Shown piece after piece: positions 44,124-53,384 of a DNA stretch of 64,000 bases. Source of the DNA: Candidatus Staskawiczbacteria bacterium (GTDB lineage: Bacteria; Patescibacteriota; Minisyncoccia; Minisyncoccales; Staskawiczbacteraceae); contig JBAZUH010000001.1 in assembly GCA_041661545.1 (NCBI GenBank), forward strand, positions 608,148-672,147, in the 5' to 3' direction. The position numbers and the translations under genes are program-made. The notes below the pieces were generated by a model. That model was not told the origin of the DNA, did not search any database, and saw only the letters and a list, made by a program, of their open reading frames with translations. Numbering within the stretch: the stretch's first letter is position 1; every line of letters starts with the position of its first letter.

Positions 44124-46136
44124 TTATTCGCGGAATTTTTCTATGCTTTCAGCCATCATTTGAGAATATAAATTTAAACCAATTTTGTTTATGGCGCCCG
44201 ATTGTTCTTTGCCTAAAATATTTCCCGCGCCTCTTAATTCTAAGTCTCTAATTGCAATTCTATATCCCGCACCCAACTCTTGAGCATCTTCTAGCGCCTT
44301 TAATCTATCTTTTGCCAGAGGAGTTAAGTTTTTTTCTTCATACATAAAATACGCAAAACTTTTTGTTGTAGACCTGCCTACGCGTCCTCTTATTTGGTGT
44401 GCTTGAGAAAGTCCTAGTTTAGTAGCATCTTCTATAATAATTGTATTTGCATTAGAAAAGTCTATTCCGTTTTCAATAATTGTTGTTGCAATTAAAACAT
44501 TTATTTTCTCATTTTGGAATTCATCTATTATTTTCATTATATGTTTTTCTGCCATTTTTCCATGGATTGTTCCAATTTTTGCTTTTGGACACAACTTTTT
44601 TAATTCTTTTGCTTTAGTTTCAATAGTTTGCACCCTGTTGTGTAAAAAATAAACTTGGCCTTTTCTTTTTAATTCGGCAATAATAATATTTTTAATATTT
44701 TTTTCGCTATATGGTAAAACATTAGTTTTAATAGATTGTCTGCCAATTGGTGGTGTTTGTATCAAGCTGATATGTTTAAGAGAAGAAAGAGCCAAATAAA
44801 TAGTACGAGGTATTGGTGTGGCCGATAAGCTTAAAATATCTAAACTGGTTTTTAATTTACGCAGACGTTCTTTTTGTTTAACGCCAAATTTTTGTTCGTC
44901 ATCAATAATTAAAAGTTGTAAATTCTTGAATTCTACATCTTTAGACAAAAGTCTGTGTGTGCCAATTAAAATATCAATGTGCCCATCTTTTAGGTCTTTA
45001 ATAACTTTTTTTTGCTCTGTTTTTGTATGTAGTCCAGAAATTACGCCAATTTTTACCGGTAGATTTTTAAACCTTTCTTTAAAGGAATTATAATGCTGAT
45101 TAGCTAAAATTGCTGTTGGGCATATAAGAGCCGTTTGTCTGTTGTTGGCTACAGCCATTAAAGCTGTTCTCATAGCCACTTCTGTTTTTCCAAAACCAAC
45201 ATCACCACAAACAATTCTATCCATTGGTTTTGTTTTCTTTAAATCTTGTTTAATGTCTTCCATTGTTTGAATTTGATCTGGTGTCTCTTGAAAAGTAAAG
45301 CTAGATTTAAATTGTGATTCTAACTCTTTATCTTCTATATAAGGGGCCCTTTCGGTAGTTTCTTTTTGAGCGTATAGTTGTAATAATTCTTTAGCTAATT
45401 TCTCAACGTTTTCTTTTATAGCCCGTTTTGTTTTTTGCCATATAGAAGATCCAAGTCTTGAAACTTTAGGATCTTGAAAGCCAACATATCTAGACAATTT
45501 TCTTTCTAATCCAAGGGGTATATAAAGCTTATCTTCTTTATCATATTGTAATACATAGTAATCATTAGTTTGTCCCGCTTCGAGCGGGATCCCGCCCTGG
45601 CGGGAAAATTTTTCTATTCCTATAAATTGTCCTATGCCATGATCTAGATGAACTAAATAGTCTCCGGGTTTTAATCCTTTTAGCTCGGAAAATATTTTTT
45701 GAGATTTTATTTTCTTTTTTAAAATTTCTCTTGATTTTTTAAATTTTTCTTCAGAAAATTTTGAAGGGTAAAATTTTTTTTCATTTAATAATTGTATGTT
45801 GTCTACTTCGTTTCCTAAAAAATCTATTCTTACTGCTTGCAGGGCGTTAATGGGGAATATATCAATAATTCCTCCTTTTTGTGAAAACTCACCAGGGTCG
45901 GTAACCTTGAATACTTTTTCATAACCCATTTCATCAAGTTTTCTTAAAAATTGTGAAAATTGAAAGCTGTGATTTTTTTGTAAAAAAATTATATTATCTT
46001 CAAAAAAATTTTGTGAATGTCTGGCTTCTAATATTTCTTGTAAATTGTCTTGAAACCAAAAAGCCTGCTTTTCTAAAAAGTAGGGGGTAATGCCAACTAT
46101 CAAAATTTGGTTTAAATCATTAGCTGTTATATTCAT
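44124..46136 (-). CDS. mfd: Transcription-repair coupling factor, short form (Mfd-like)
   Basis: CarD/TRCF RNAP-interaction motif GDYLVHLDHGIGQFIG, plus SF2 helicase motifs GDVGFGKTEVA, DDEQKFG and QIRGRVGR. At 670 aa it lacks the long UvrB-homology N-terminus. Confidence 0.8.
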   Translation of the reverse strand: MNITANDLNQILIVGITPYFLEKQAFWFQDNLQEILEARHSQNFFEDNIIFLQKNHSFQFSQFLRKLDEMGYEKVFKVTDPGEFSQKGGIIDIFPINALQAVRIDFLGNEVDNIQLLNEKKFYPSKFSEEKFKKSREILKKKIKSQKIFSELKGLKPGDYLVHLDHGIGQFIGIEKFSRQGGIPLEAGQTNDYYVLQYDKEDKLYIPLGLERKLSRYVGFQDPKVSRLGSSIWQKTKRAIKENVEKLAKELLQLYAQKETTERAPYIEDKELESQFKSSFTFQETPDQIQTMEDIKQDLKKTKPMDRIVCGDVGFGKTEVAMRTALMAVANNRQTALICPTAILANQHYNSFKERFKNLPVKIGVISGLHTKTEQKKVIKDLKDGHIDILIGTHRLLSKDVEFKNLQLLIIDDEQKFGVKQKERLRKLKTSLDILSLSATPIPRTIYLALSSLKHISLIQTPPIGRQSIKTNVLPYSEKNIKNIIIAELKRKGQVYFLHNRVQTIETKAKELKKLCPKAKIGTIHGKMAEKHIMKIIDEFQNEKINVLIATTIIENGIDFSNANTIIIEDATKLGLSQAHQIRGRVGRSTTKSFAYFMYEEKNLTPLAKDRLKALEDAQELGAGYRIAIRDLELRGAGNILGKEQSGAINKIGLNLYSQMMAESIEKFRE
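45573..45605. repeat. GC-rich tandem hairpin mini-element, in frame inside mfd (copy I6)
   Basis: TCCCGC-ttcga-GCGGGA followed directly by TCCCGC-cctg-GCGGGA. It encodes SRQGGIPLEAGQ on the minus strand. Confidence 0.7.
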
Positions 46137-46671
46137 TCATTGTTTTTTCTATGCCCTGACTAGCTAAAGAGCCAAGGGCCTCAACTGCTCGCTCTACAGC
46201 TTCGTTTAGAATAATTTTTTCTTCTTCTGAAAAGTTTTTTAAAACAACTTTTATTGCCTCGGTCTTTTTGCTTGACCCAATCCCTATGCGAAGCCTTATC
46301 AAACCATTGTTTCCAATGCTTTTAATTATAGATTCAACTCCTTTATGGCCAGCTGAGCCTCTTTCTTGCACAATCTTAATTGTTCCCACGGGTAAGTCAA
46401 TATCGTCATGCACAACTATTATATTTGAAACTCGGTCTTTATTTTTTGATATTATTTTTTTAACAGCACTACCTGATTTATTCATAAAAGTTTGTGGTTT
46501 TACTAAAATTATTCCATCTTGCTCGGAAGTAAGCGCTTTAGACTTTTTTTGTAAAATAAAATCGGGAAAGTCGTTTTTCTTTGCAAAATCATCAATTACC
46601 ATAAACCCAACATTATGGCGAGTATTTTTATATTGTTCTCCTGGATTGCCCAGTCCTATAATTATTATCAT
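46120..46671 (-). CDS. pth: Peptidyl-tRNA hydrolase
   Basis: IIGLGNPGEQYKNTRHNVGF. Confidence 0.92.
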   Translation of the reverse strand: MIIIIGLGNPGEQYKNTRHNVGFMVIDDFAKKNDFPDFILQKKSKALTSEQDGIILVKPQTFMNKSGSAVKKIISKNKDRVSNIIVVHDDIDLPVGTIKIVQERGSAGHKGVESIIKSIGNNGLIRLRIGIGSSKKTEAIKVVLKNFSEEEKIILNEAVERAVEALGSLASQGIEKTMNEYNS

Positions 46672-46767
46672 ATTTTGGTAATTATATCATTTTATTTGGT
46701 ACTTGCAATTACTTTAAAAATATGATACTGTAGAACTATTAATCAGTCAAATTAAGGATATATTTTA

Positions 46768-47415
46768 ATGGAAGAAAATACAATAATAAACTCTACTACT
46801 CCTCAAAATAAAACAAAAAAAGTTTTATCTTTTATATGGGAGCTTGTTAAAATAGCTATTATAGCTTTTGTTATAGTTGCCCCAATACGTTATTTTCTTT
46901 TTCAGCCGTTTATTGTTAGTGGTTTATCTATGGCTCCTAATTTTGCTAATGGAGACTATTTAATAGTTGATGAAATTTCTTATAGATTTTCTAGTCCTCA
47001 AAGGGGAGATGTTGTTGTTTTTAACGCTGATTTTGTAAAAGGATATAATGGTGAAGATTTTACTAATGAGCGCTTTATTAAAAGAGTTATAGGCCTTCCA
47101 GGAGATACAGTTGATATAACAGAGGGCAAAGTAGAAATAATAAAAGATGGTAAAAAGACTATTTTAAATGAAAAATATTTACCAGCTGATTTAAAAACAT
47201 ACGGATACAATTTAGCTGGAGAATATAGTCTTTCAACTTTACCAAAAGAAGTTATTTTAAAAGAAAACGAATATTTTGTTTTGGGGGATAATAGGTTAAA
47301 TTCTTATGATTCAAGATATTGGGGACCTGTGCCTTCGCAATATATAATTGGTAAAGCAGCAATAAGAGTTTTGCCCATAACATCTTTATCAATAATTTCA
47401 ACACCAAGTTATTAA
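46768..47415 (+). CDS. lepB: Signal peptidase I
   Basis: SGLSMAPNF, RGDVVVF, GDNRLNSYDSRYWG. Confidence 0.9.
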   Translation: MEENTIINSTTPQNKTKKVLSFIWELVKIAIIAFVIVAPIRYFLFQPFIVSGLSMAPNFANGDYLIVDEISYRFSSPQRGDVVVFNADFVKGYNGEDFTNERFIKRVIGLPGDTVDITEGKVEIIKDGKKTILNEKYLPADLKTYGYNLAGEYSLSTLPKEVILKENEYFVLGDNRLNSYDSRYWGPVPSQYIIGKAAIRVLPITSLSIISTPSY

Positions 47416-47425
47416 AATTATTTAT

Positions 47426-48709
47426 ATGAGTAAAATAAAATATCAATCTTTAACAGGAATGCACGACGTGCTACCAGAAGATCAAGTTTATTTTAAAAGA
47501 ATAAATAAGATTGTGGAATCTGTAGCAAATTATTATAGTTTTGAAAAAATTGAAACTCCTATTTTAGAGTTTGCTGAAATATTTCAAAAAGCCGTAGGAG
47601 ATGATACAGATATAGTTGGTAAAGAAATGTATACTTTTAGAACTAAGGGCGGAGATTTAGTTTGTTTAAGGCCCGAAGGAACCGCTGCAATAATGAGAAG
47701 TTATTTAGAACACGGTATGCATAATTTGCCACAGCCTGTAAAGCTTTGGTATGCAGGGCCATTTTTTAGATATGAAAGGCCACAAGCGGGACGGTTTAGA
47801 CAATTTCACCAATTTGGCTTTGAGGCCATTGGAGACGCTAATTCTTCTATTGATAGTCAGATTATACAGATGAGTTATGATGTTTTAAAAGAATTAGGAT
47901 TTAAACATTTAACAATAGAAGTTAATTCTATTGGAGACTCAGAATGCAGGCCATATTTTAAGAAAATTTTAACTAGTTATTTTAAATCAAGACGCTCTTC
48001 ACTGTGTTCTGATTGTCAAAGAAGACTTAAAGAAAATCCTTTAAGAATTTTAGATTGTAAAGAGGAAAAATGCCAACGAGTTAAAGCTGGAGCCCCTCAA
48101 ATAATAGATCATCTTTGTGAAAAGTGTCATGGTCATTTTAAACAAGTTTTAGAATTTTTAGATGAATTTGAATTACCATACACATTAAATCCATATTTAG
48201 TTAGGGGGTTAGATTATTATACAAAAACAGTTTTTGAAATAATTGAAACCACAGAAGATGGAAAAGGTCTTGGCACATTGACTGGAGGAGGAAGATATGA
48301 TAATCTTTCAAAAGTATTTGGTGGTAGAAATGCTCCTGGGTGTGGTTCTGCTTCTGGAATAGAAAGAATAGTAAGTTTGATGAAGTCTAGAGAAATGAAA
48401 ACTGGACCAAAAACCGAAGAGCCAAAAATATTTTTAGCTCAATTGGGTAAGTTAGCAAAAAGAAAAAGCATGAAACTTTTTGGAGAATTTAGAGCAGCTA
48501 AAATTCCCGTAGCAGAGTCTTTTTCAAAAGATTCTTTAAAAGCGCAACTTAGAACTGCAAATAAAATGAATATAAAATGGGTTTTGATCTTTGGACAAAA
48601 AGAAGCATTAGAAGACTTCATTGTTCTAAGAGATATGGATACAGGCACCCAAATAGAAATAAAGCTAGATAAAGTTGTAGCCGAAATGAAAGAAAAAATT
48701 AAAAATTAA
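47426..48709 (+). CDS. hisS: Histidine--tRNA ligase
   Basis: GMHDVLPED and FRYERPQAGRFRQFHQFG class II motifs. Confidence 0.93.
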   Translation: MSKIKYQSLTGMHDVLPEDQVYFKRINKIVESVANYYSFEKIETPILEFAEIFQKAVGDDTDIVGKEMYTFRTKGGDLVCLRPEGTAAIMRSYLEHGMHNLPQPVKLWYAGPFFRYERPQAGRFRQFHQFGFEAIGDANSSIDSQIIQMSYDVLKELGFKHLTIEVNSIGDSECRPYFKKILTSYFKSRRSSLCSDCQRRLKENPLRILDCKEEKCQRVKAGAPQIIDHLCEKCHGHFKQVLEFLDEFELPYTLNPYLVRGLDYYTKTVFEIIETTEDGKGLGTLTGGGRYDNLSKVFGGRNAPGCGSASGIERIVSLMKSREMKTGPKTEEPKIFLAQLGKLAKRKSMKLFGEFRAAKIPVAESFSKDSLKAQLRTANKMNIKWVLIFGQKEALEDFIVLRDMDTGTQIEIKLDKVVAEMKEKIKN

Positions 48710-48742
48710 ATATTAATTAAATAAATAAAATTAAAAAATAAT

Positions 48743-48961
48743 ATGCCAGTACAAGTTACAAAAAATCAAAAAGAAACATCGCAAAATTTGGTACATCGTT
48801 TTACAAAAACAGTACGTCAGTCTGGTGTTTTGCTTGAAATTAGAAAAAAAAGATTTCACAAAAGAGCAAAATCTGCATTGGTTAAAAAAAGATCTGCTTT
48901 AAGAAGGATTAATGTAAAAGCAGAAAAAATTAAAGCCGATAAATTAGCAAAGCCAAAATAG
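48743..48961 (+). CDS. rpsU: 30S ribosomal protein S21
   Basis: A 72-aa basic protein (LVHRFTKTVRQSGVLLEIRKKRFHKR). Confidence 0.8.
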   Translation: MPVQVTKNQKETSQNLVHRFTKTVRQSGVLLEIRKKRFHKRAKSALVKKRSALRRINVKAEKIKADKLAKPK

Positions 48962-49004
48962 AATATAGAATTTGGTATATAGAAGCTGGAATAAATAAAA
49001 AAAT

Positions 49005-49397
49005 ATGGAAACCGGCTCAGCAAATAAGATTCAAAAATTTACAGATTTGTATGCTTGGCAAGAAGGCCATAAGTTGGTTTTGATGATTTATAAAGAAACA
49101 GATAAGTTCCCCGACAAAGAAAGATATAGTATTATTGATCAAATGCGTAGGGCGGTAGTTTCTGTAACCTCTAATATAGCAGAAGGTTTTTCACGAAAGT
49201 CTTCAAAAGAAAAAAATAGATTCTACTGCATGGCTCAAGCGTCATTGGTGGAATTACAAAATCAATTGATTATTTCGAGAGACGTGGGCTATTTATTAAA
49301 TAGTGAATTTAAAAAAATCGCTGACCAATCTATAACAACTAGTAAGCTTTTAAGCGGTCTTTTAAGGGCAACAAAAGATAAAAAATTTGAAGTTTAA
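49005..49397 (+). CDS. Four-helix-bundle protein (23S rRNA intervening-sequence protein family)
   Basis: FTDLYAWQEGHKLVLMIYKETDKFPDKERYSIIDQMRRAVVSVTSNIAEGFSR. Confidence 0.8.
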   Translation: METGSANKIQKFTDLYAWQEGHKLVLMIYKETDKFPDKERYSIIDQMRRAVVSVTSNIAEGFSRKSSKEKNRFYCMAQASLVELQNQLIISRDVGYLLNSEFKKIADQSITTSKLLSGLLRATKDKKFEV

Positions 49398-49439
49398 TTT
49401 TATTCAAGCTACAAGATACTAAATTCAAGATTCAAAATC

Positions 49440-49937
49440 ATGTTAAAGCAAACTATTCACGATAATACCACCGAGGCTATGAAAAAGGGTGATAAACTCG
49501 TCACAGATACACTGCGTATGCTATTGGCCTCTATTGTTACTAAAGAAAAAGAGAATAGGTATAAAATTTCTAAAGAACATCCAGATTTTGCAGAAGATAA
49601 ATTAGCAAAAGAGTCAGAATTAACAGATGAGCAAATATTAGAAGTTGTCTCAGTTGAAATAAAAAAGAGAAAAGACGCCATAGCCTTATATGAACAAGGT
49701 AACAGGCCAGAATTAGCTGAAAAAGAAAAAAAAGAAATTGATATTTTAATAAAGTACCTGCCTGAACAATTGTCTCCCGAAGCACTAAAAGAACTAGTTA
49801 TTGAATCTATCAAATTAACTGGAGCTACTGAGATGAAAGATATGGGCAAAATAATGGCAGATTTAGCCCCAAAGATAAAAGGCAAAGCAGATGGTGGGGA
49901 GGTAAGTAAAATTGTAAAAGAACTATTAACAAAATAA
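49440..49937 (+). CDS. yqeY: GatB/YqeY domain protein
   Basis: AMKKGDKLVTDTLRMLLASI...ILIKYLPEQLS. Confidence 0.8.
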   Translation: MLKQTIHDNTTEAMKKGDKLVTDTLRMLLASIVTKEKENRYKISKEHPDFAEDKLAKESELTDEQILEVVSVEIKKRKDAIALYEQGNRPELAEKEKKEIDILIKYLPEQLSPEALKELVIESIKLTGATEMKDMGKIMADLAPKIKGKADGGEVSKIVKELLTK

Positions 49938-49940
49938 ATT

Positions 49941-49966
49941 AAACCGCCTTTGGGCGGTTTTTGTTT
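49941..49966 (+). terminator. Intrinsic terminator
   Basis: AAACCGCC-tttg-GGCGGTTTTTGTTTT. Confidence 0.75.
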
Positions 49967-49994
49967 TATTTGAAAAATGGTGTAAAATATAGTA

Positions 49995-50588
49995 ATGGCA
50001 AGAAAAACTCGTAAAAAAATAGAGAAAAAAATAGAGAAGAAGGTAGATAGAAGAGTAAATAGAAACTATATTTTGATAGGCGGAGTTTTATTGCTTGTGG
50101 TGATAGGTTGTTTTTTTGCATATAAATATTTTATAAAACCACATAATTATATAATTAAAAATCAATATTATAGTTTTAGTATTCAAACTCCTAGCACCTG
50201 GATAGCAGAAGAAAAAATCTTATATTCAGAAAATAATATTTCCCAAATTCTAACTAAATGTAAGAATGATAAATCAAAAAATAATATTGATTATAAAATA
50301 GGAGAGTTTAGATTTAAAAGCCAAAAATATCCTCAGGAGCTAGAAATATTTCAATTTCCAGCAGAGGGCTTGCCCAGTGGAATTATTTTTGAAATTTCGG
50401 TTTACTGCGTTACTGAAAGTTCTAAGAAAATTGGTAGCAGTTTAGTTTTTTTTCATGATGATTTTAAATACGTAATAACTGAACATAATTATATATCACC
50501 CAAAGACAAGGGGGCAGAAAAGAAGATAGCCAAAAATTATCAAATATTATTTAATAAAATAATTTCTAGTTTTAAAATTACCAAATGA
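49995..50588 (+). CDS. Hypothetical membrane-anchored protein
   Basis: A basic N-terminus followed by one TM helix (ILIGGVLLLVVIGCFFAY). No recognisable domain. Confidence 0.45.
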   Translation: MARKTRKKIEKKIEKKVDRRVNRNYILIGGVLLLVVIGCFFAYKYFIKPHNYIIKNQYYSFSIQTPSTWIAEEKILYSENNISQILTKCKNDKSKNNIDYKIGEFRFKSQKYPQELEIFQFPAEGLPSGIIFEISVYCVTESSKKIGSSLVFFHDDFKYVITEHNYISPKDKGAEKKIAKNYQILFNKIISSFKITK

Positions 50589-51043
50589 AGATTGAAATAA
50601 ATAATTTAACTGGGCATCCTATATTGAGCCGAGCTGTGGATAAAAAGATTTTTTCCACAGTTGCAAAAATCGTATTAAAAGGCGAAAATAGAAAAACAGA
50701 AACATTATCTTTGGCATTTGTAAGTAAAAGCGAGATAAAAAAACTTAATAAAAAATTTCGTAAAAAGAATAAAGCTACAGATGTTCTTTCATTTGAGTTA
50801 GATGTGCCCTTCGGCTTCGCTCAGGGTAAAAACAAGTTTTTAGGGGAAATTATAATTTGCCCAGAAGTTGTTAGAGATAATGCTAAAAAATATAATATTT
50901 CAGTAAAGCAAGAAATGACTAAAATGCTTATCCATGGAATACTTCATTTGTGTGGATATGACCATGAGAAGTCGAAAAAGGATGAGAAAATAATGGAAGA
51001 AAAACAAGAAAAATATTTAGCTGAAATTAACCCGGTTAAATAA
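50585..51043 (+). CDS. ybeY: rRNA maturation endoribonuclease YbeY
   Basis: HGILHLCGYDHE zinc motif and TDVLSF. Confidence 0.9.
   Translation: MKIEINNLTGHPILSRAVDKKIFSTVAKIVLKGENRKTETLSLAFVSKSEIKKLNKKFRKKNKATDVLSFELDVPFGFAQGKNKFLGEIIICPEVVRDNAKKYNISVKQEMTKMLIHGILHLCGYDHEKSKKDEKIMEEKQEKYLAEINPVK
50804..50826. repeat. GC-rich mini-element, in frame inside ybeY (copy I7)
   Basis: gtgcccttcggcttcgctcaggg encodes VPFGFAQG. It matches copy I4 at 21 of 23 positions. Confidence 0.75.
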
Positions 51044-51098
51044 AATCCAAAGGATTTTAATTTTGTAAAACAAAATTATTTAACTGGGTAAAAATAAT

Positions 51099-52319
51099 AT
51101 GGCACGTAGTAACATTGTTACAGGTTTAGATATAGGAACTCATAGTATTAAAGCTTTAACTATTCAAAAAAAGGGAACTGAATGGGAGGTTTTGTCGTAT
51201 GCAGAAATTCCTTCTACTGGGCTTCGTAAAGGGGCAGTAGTGTCGGTGGAAGAAACTTCTAAAAATGTACAAGCAATAATGGCTAGCGTTGAAAAAGACT
51301 GTAACAGAAAAATTGATTCAGTTTTTGTTAATATAGGAGGTAATCATCTTTATGTAATTCCATCTGATGGGATTATTTCAGTGTCTCGTGCAGATCAAAT
51401 AATTTCTAAAGAAGATATTGAACGAGTTTTGCAGGCGACAAAAGCAATCAATATTTCTAAAAATGATGAGGTTTTAGACGTTGTTCCCAAAGATTATGTT
51501 ATTGATGACCAAAAAGGAATCAAAAATCCAGAAGGTTTAACTGGCGTTAGACTTGAGGCTAAAGTTCTTTTGCTTTGTTATTTTCAATCATACTTTACAA
51601 ATTTAACTCATGCTGTTTTAAGTTCAAAATTGCAGATAAGAGATGTCATACCATCTCCAATTGCAGCTGCTAACGCTGTTTTAACTCCACAACAAAAAGA
51701 GTTGGGGGTAGCTTTAATTGATATTGGAGCTGCCACAACTTCTTTGGCAGTTTTTGAAGAAGGAAGTTTAATGCATTTAGCTATTTTCCCAATTGGGTCA
51801 GCTAATATTACTAATGATATTGCAATAGGCCTTAAAACAGAAGTTCAAATTGCTGAATCAATTAAAAAACAACATGGTACATGTGTGGTTGCTAAAGCTG
51901 ATAAAGATAAAAAAGATCAAACTAAAAGAAAAATAGAGGTTTTTGACAGGTCAGATTCTCTTAATTTTACAAAGAAAAATTTGGTAGATATTATAGAACC
52001 AAGAGTTTCTGAAATTTTAGATTTAGTACAAAAAGATCTTAAGAAAATTGGCAGGCAAGAATTATTGCCCGGCGGAGTTGTACTAACTGGTGGAGGTTCA
52101 AAAATTCCAAAGATTAAAGATTTAGCTAAAGAAACATTAAAACTCTCTTGTGAAATAGGAAAACCACAGGGCATATTGGGCTTACAAGATGACCCTGCTT
52201 TAGCCACAGTAGTGGGCTTAGCTTTAGAGGGGGTTGATTTTAATGGAGATAGAGTTAATATAGGAACCAAGGGATGGTGGGCTATGTTTATAAAGTGGCT
52301 TAAAAATTTCATCCCGTAA
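51099..52319 (+). CDS. ftsA: Cell division protein FtsA
   Basis: An actin-like ATPase with GLDIGTHSIKAL, IDIGAATTSLAVF and VLTGGGSKIPKI. Confidence 0.88.
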   Translation: MARSNIVTGLDIGTHSIKALTIQKKGTEWEVLSYAEIPSTGLRKGAVVSVEETSKNVQAIMASVEKDCNRKIDSVFVNIGGNHLYVIPSDGIISVSRADQIISKEDIERVLQATKAINISKNDEVLDVVPKDYVIDDQKGIKNPEGLTGVRLEAKVLLLCYFQSYFTNLTHAVLSSKLQIRDVIPSPIAAANAVLTPQQKELGVALIDIGAATTSLAVFEEGSLMHLAIFPIGSANITNDIAIGLKTEVQIAESIKKQHGTCVVAKADKDKKDQTKRKIEVFDRSDSLNFTKKNLVDIIEPRVSEILDLVQKDLKKIGRQELLPGGVVLTGGGSKIPKIKDLAKETLKLSCEIGKPQGILGLQDDPALATVVGLALEGVDFNGDRVNIGTKGWWAMFIKWLKNFIP

Positions 52320-52334
52320 AAGGATAAAATTTTT

Positions 52335-53258
52335 ATGCAACCAATTATCAAAGTTATAGGAATAGGCGGGTCTGGATCAAATACAGTATCTAGAATGGAA
52401 AAGTTCCAGATGCAAGGAGTTGAATTATTGGCATTAAATACAGATGCTCAAGCATTGCATTTTTCAAAGAGTCATAAGAAGATTTTAATTGGAAAAGAAA
52501 CTACTAAAGGGCTTGGTACTGGAATGGATGCTGGATTGGGTGCAAAGTCAGCAGAAGAATCTAAACAAGAAATTTTAGAAAACTTAAAAGGGGCTGATAT
52601 GATTTTTTTGACTTGTGGTTTGGGTGGTGGCACTGGCTCTGGGGCCTCACCAATTGTTGCCGAGATTTCAAAAAGTCTTGGCATTTTAACTATAGGAGTG
52701 GTTACAACGCCTTTTTCTTTTGAGGGCCAAGAAAGAAAAAAAATTGCTGTTGAAGCAATTAAAAAATTAAAAGAAAGCGTTGACTCATTGCTTGTGATTT
52801 CTAATGATAAGCTTTTAAAAATTATTGATGAAAAAACTACAGTATCAGAAGCATTTTTAATTTGTGACGATGTTTTAAGAGAGGCAGTGCAATCTATTAC
52901 AGATTTAATTTTAGTTCCTGGAATTATAAATATTGATTTTGCTTCAGTTGTGTCGGTTTTAAAAAATTCTGGTCATGCGCTTTTTGGTGCTGGAAAATCT
53001 TCTGGAGAAAATAGAGCAGTTGTAGCTGCAGAAAAAGCTATTAGTTCTCCTTTGTTAGATTTTTCTATTCAAGGATCAAAAGGTGTTTTATTTTCTGTTT
53101 CTGGGATAGATGTTACTTTAAATGAAATTCAAGAAGCCGCAAAAGTTATTACTAAAAATGTTGATTCTAGGGCAGAAATAATTTTTGGTGCAGTTAAAGA
53201 CAACACTTTAAAGAAAGGCGAATTAAAAATTACCGTTATTGCCACAAAATTAGTATAA
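52335..53258 (+). CDS. ftsZ: Cell division protein FtsZ (core only, 307 aa)
   Basis: GIGGSGSNTV and the tubulin signature GGGTGSGASP. The protein ends right after the globular core. Confidence 0.92.
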   Translation: MQPIIKVIGIGGSGSNTVSRMEKFQMQGVELLALNTDAQALHFSKSHKKILIGKETTKGLGTGMDAGLGAKSAEESKQEILENLKGADMIFLTCGLGGGTGSGASPIVAEISKSLGILTIGVVTTPFSFEGQERKKIAVEAIKKLKESVDSLLVISNDKLLKIIDEKTTVSEAFLICDDVLREAVQSITDLILVPGIINIDFASVVSVLKNSGHALFGAGKSSGENRAVVAAEKAISSPLLDFSIQGSKGVLFSVSGIDVTLNEIQEAAKVITKNVDSRAEIIFGAVKDNTLKKGELKITVIATKLV

Positions 53259-53275
53259 ATTATCAAATAAAGTGT

Positions 53276-53304
53276 AAAAATACGGCTTATAGTCGTATTT
53301 TTTG
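53276..53304 (+). terminator. Possible AT-rich terminator after ftsZ
   Basis: AAAAATACG-gcttatagt-CGTATTTTT. Confidence 0.35.
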
Positions 53305-53356
53305 TTGAAACAGAGCAAAATAAAGTTATCCACAGGTTCTATATATGAAATAGGAT

Positions 53357-53384
53357 TTGACACGACCGTTGGTTGGGGTAAAAT
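53357..53384 (+). promoter_or_regulatory. Sigma-70-like promoter candidate for nrdD
   Basis: TTGACA (53357..53362), a 16-nt spacer, then TAAAAT (53379..53384). A consensus DnaA box TTATCCACA lies at 53326..53334. Confidence 0.5.

Noticed and set aside
53326-53334. The consensus DnaA box as evidence of a replication origin.
   Set aside because: I noticed only a single box, with no dnaA or dnaN nearby and no cluster of boxes or AT-rich unwinding element pattern. A chance occurrence of one 9-mer is plausible.
53336-53351. An NrdR box upstream of nrdD (GTTCTATATATGAAAT).
   Set aside because: Only the central CTATATAT matches the NrdR consensus. The flanking ACAC/GTGT arms are missing, and there is no second box at the usual spacing.
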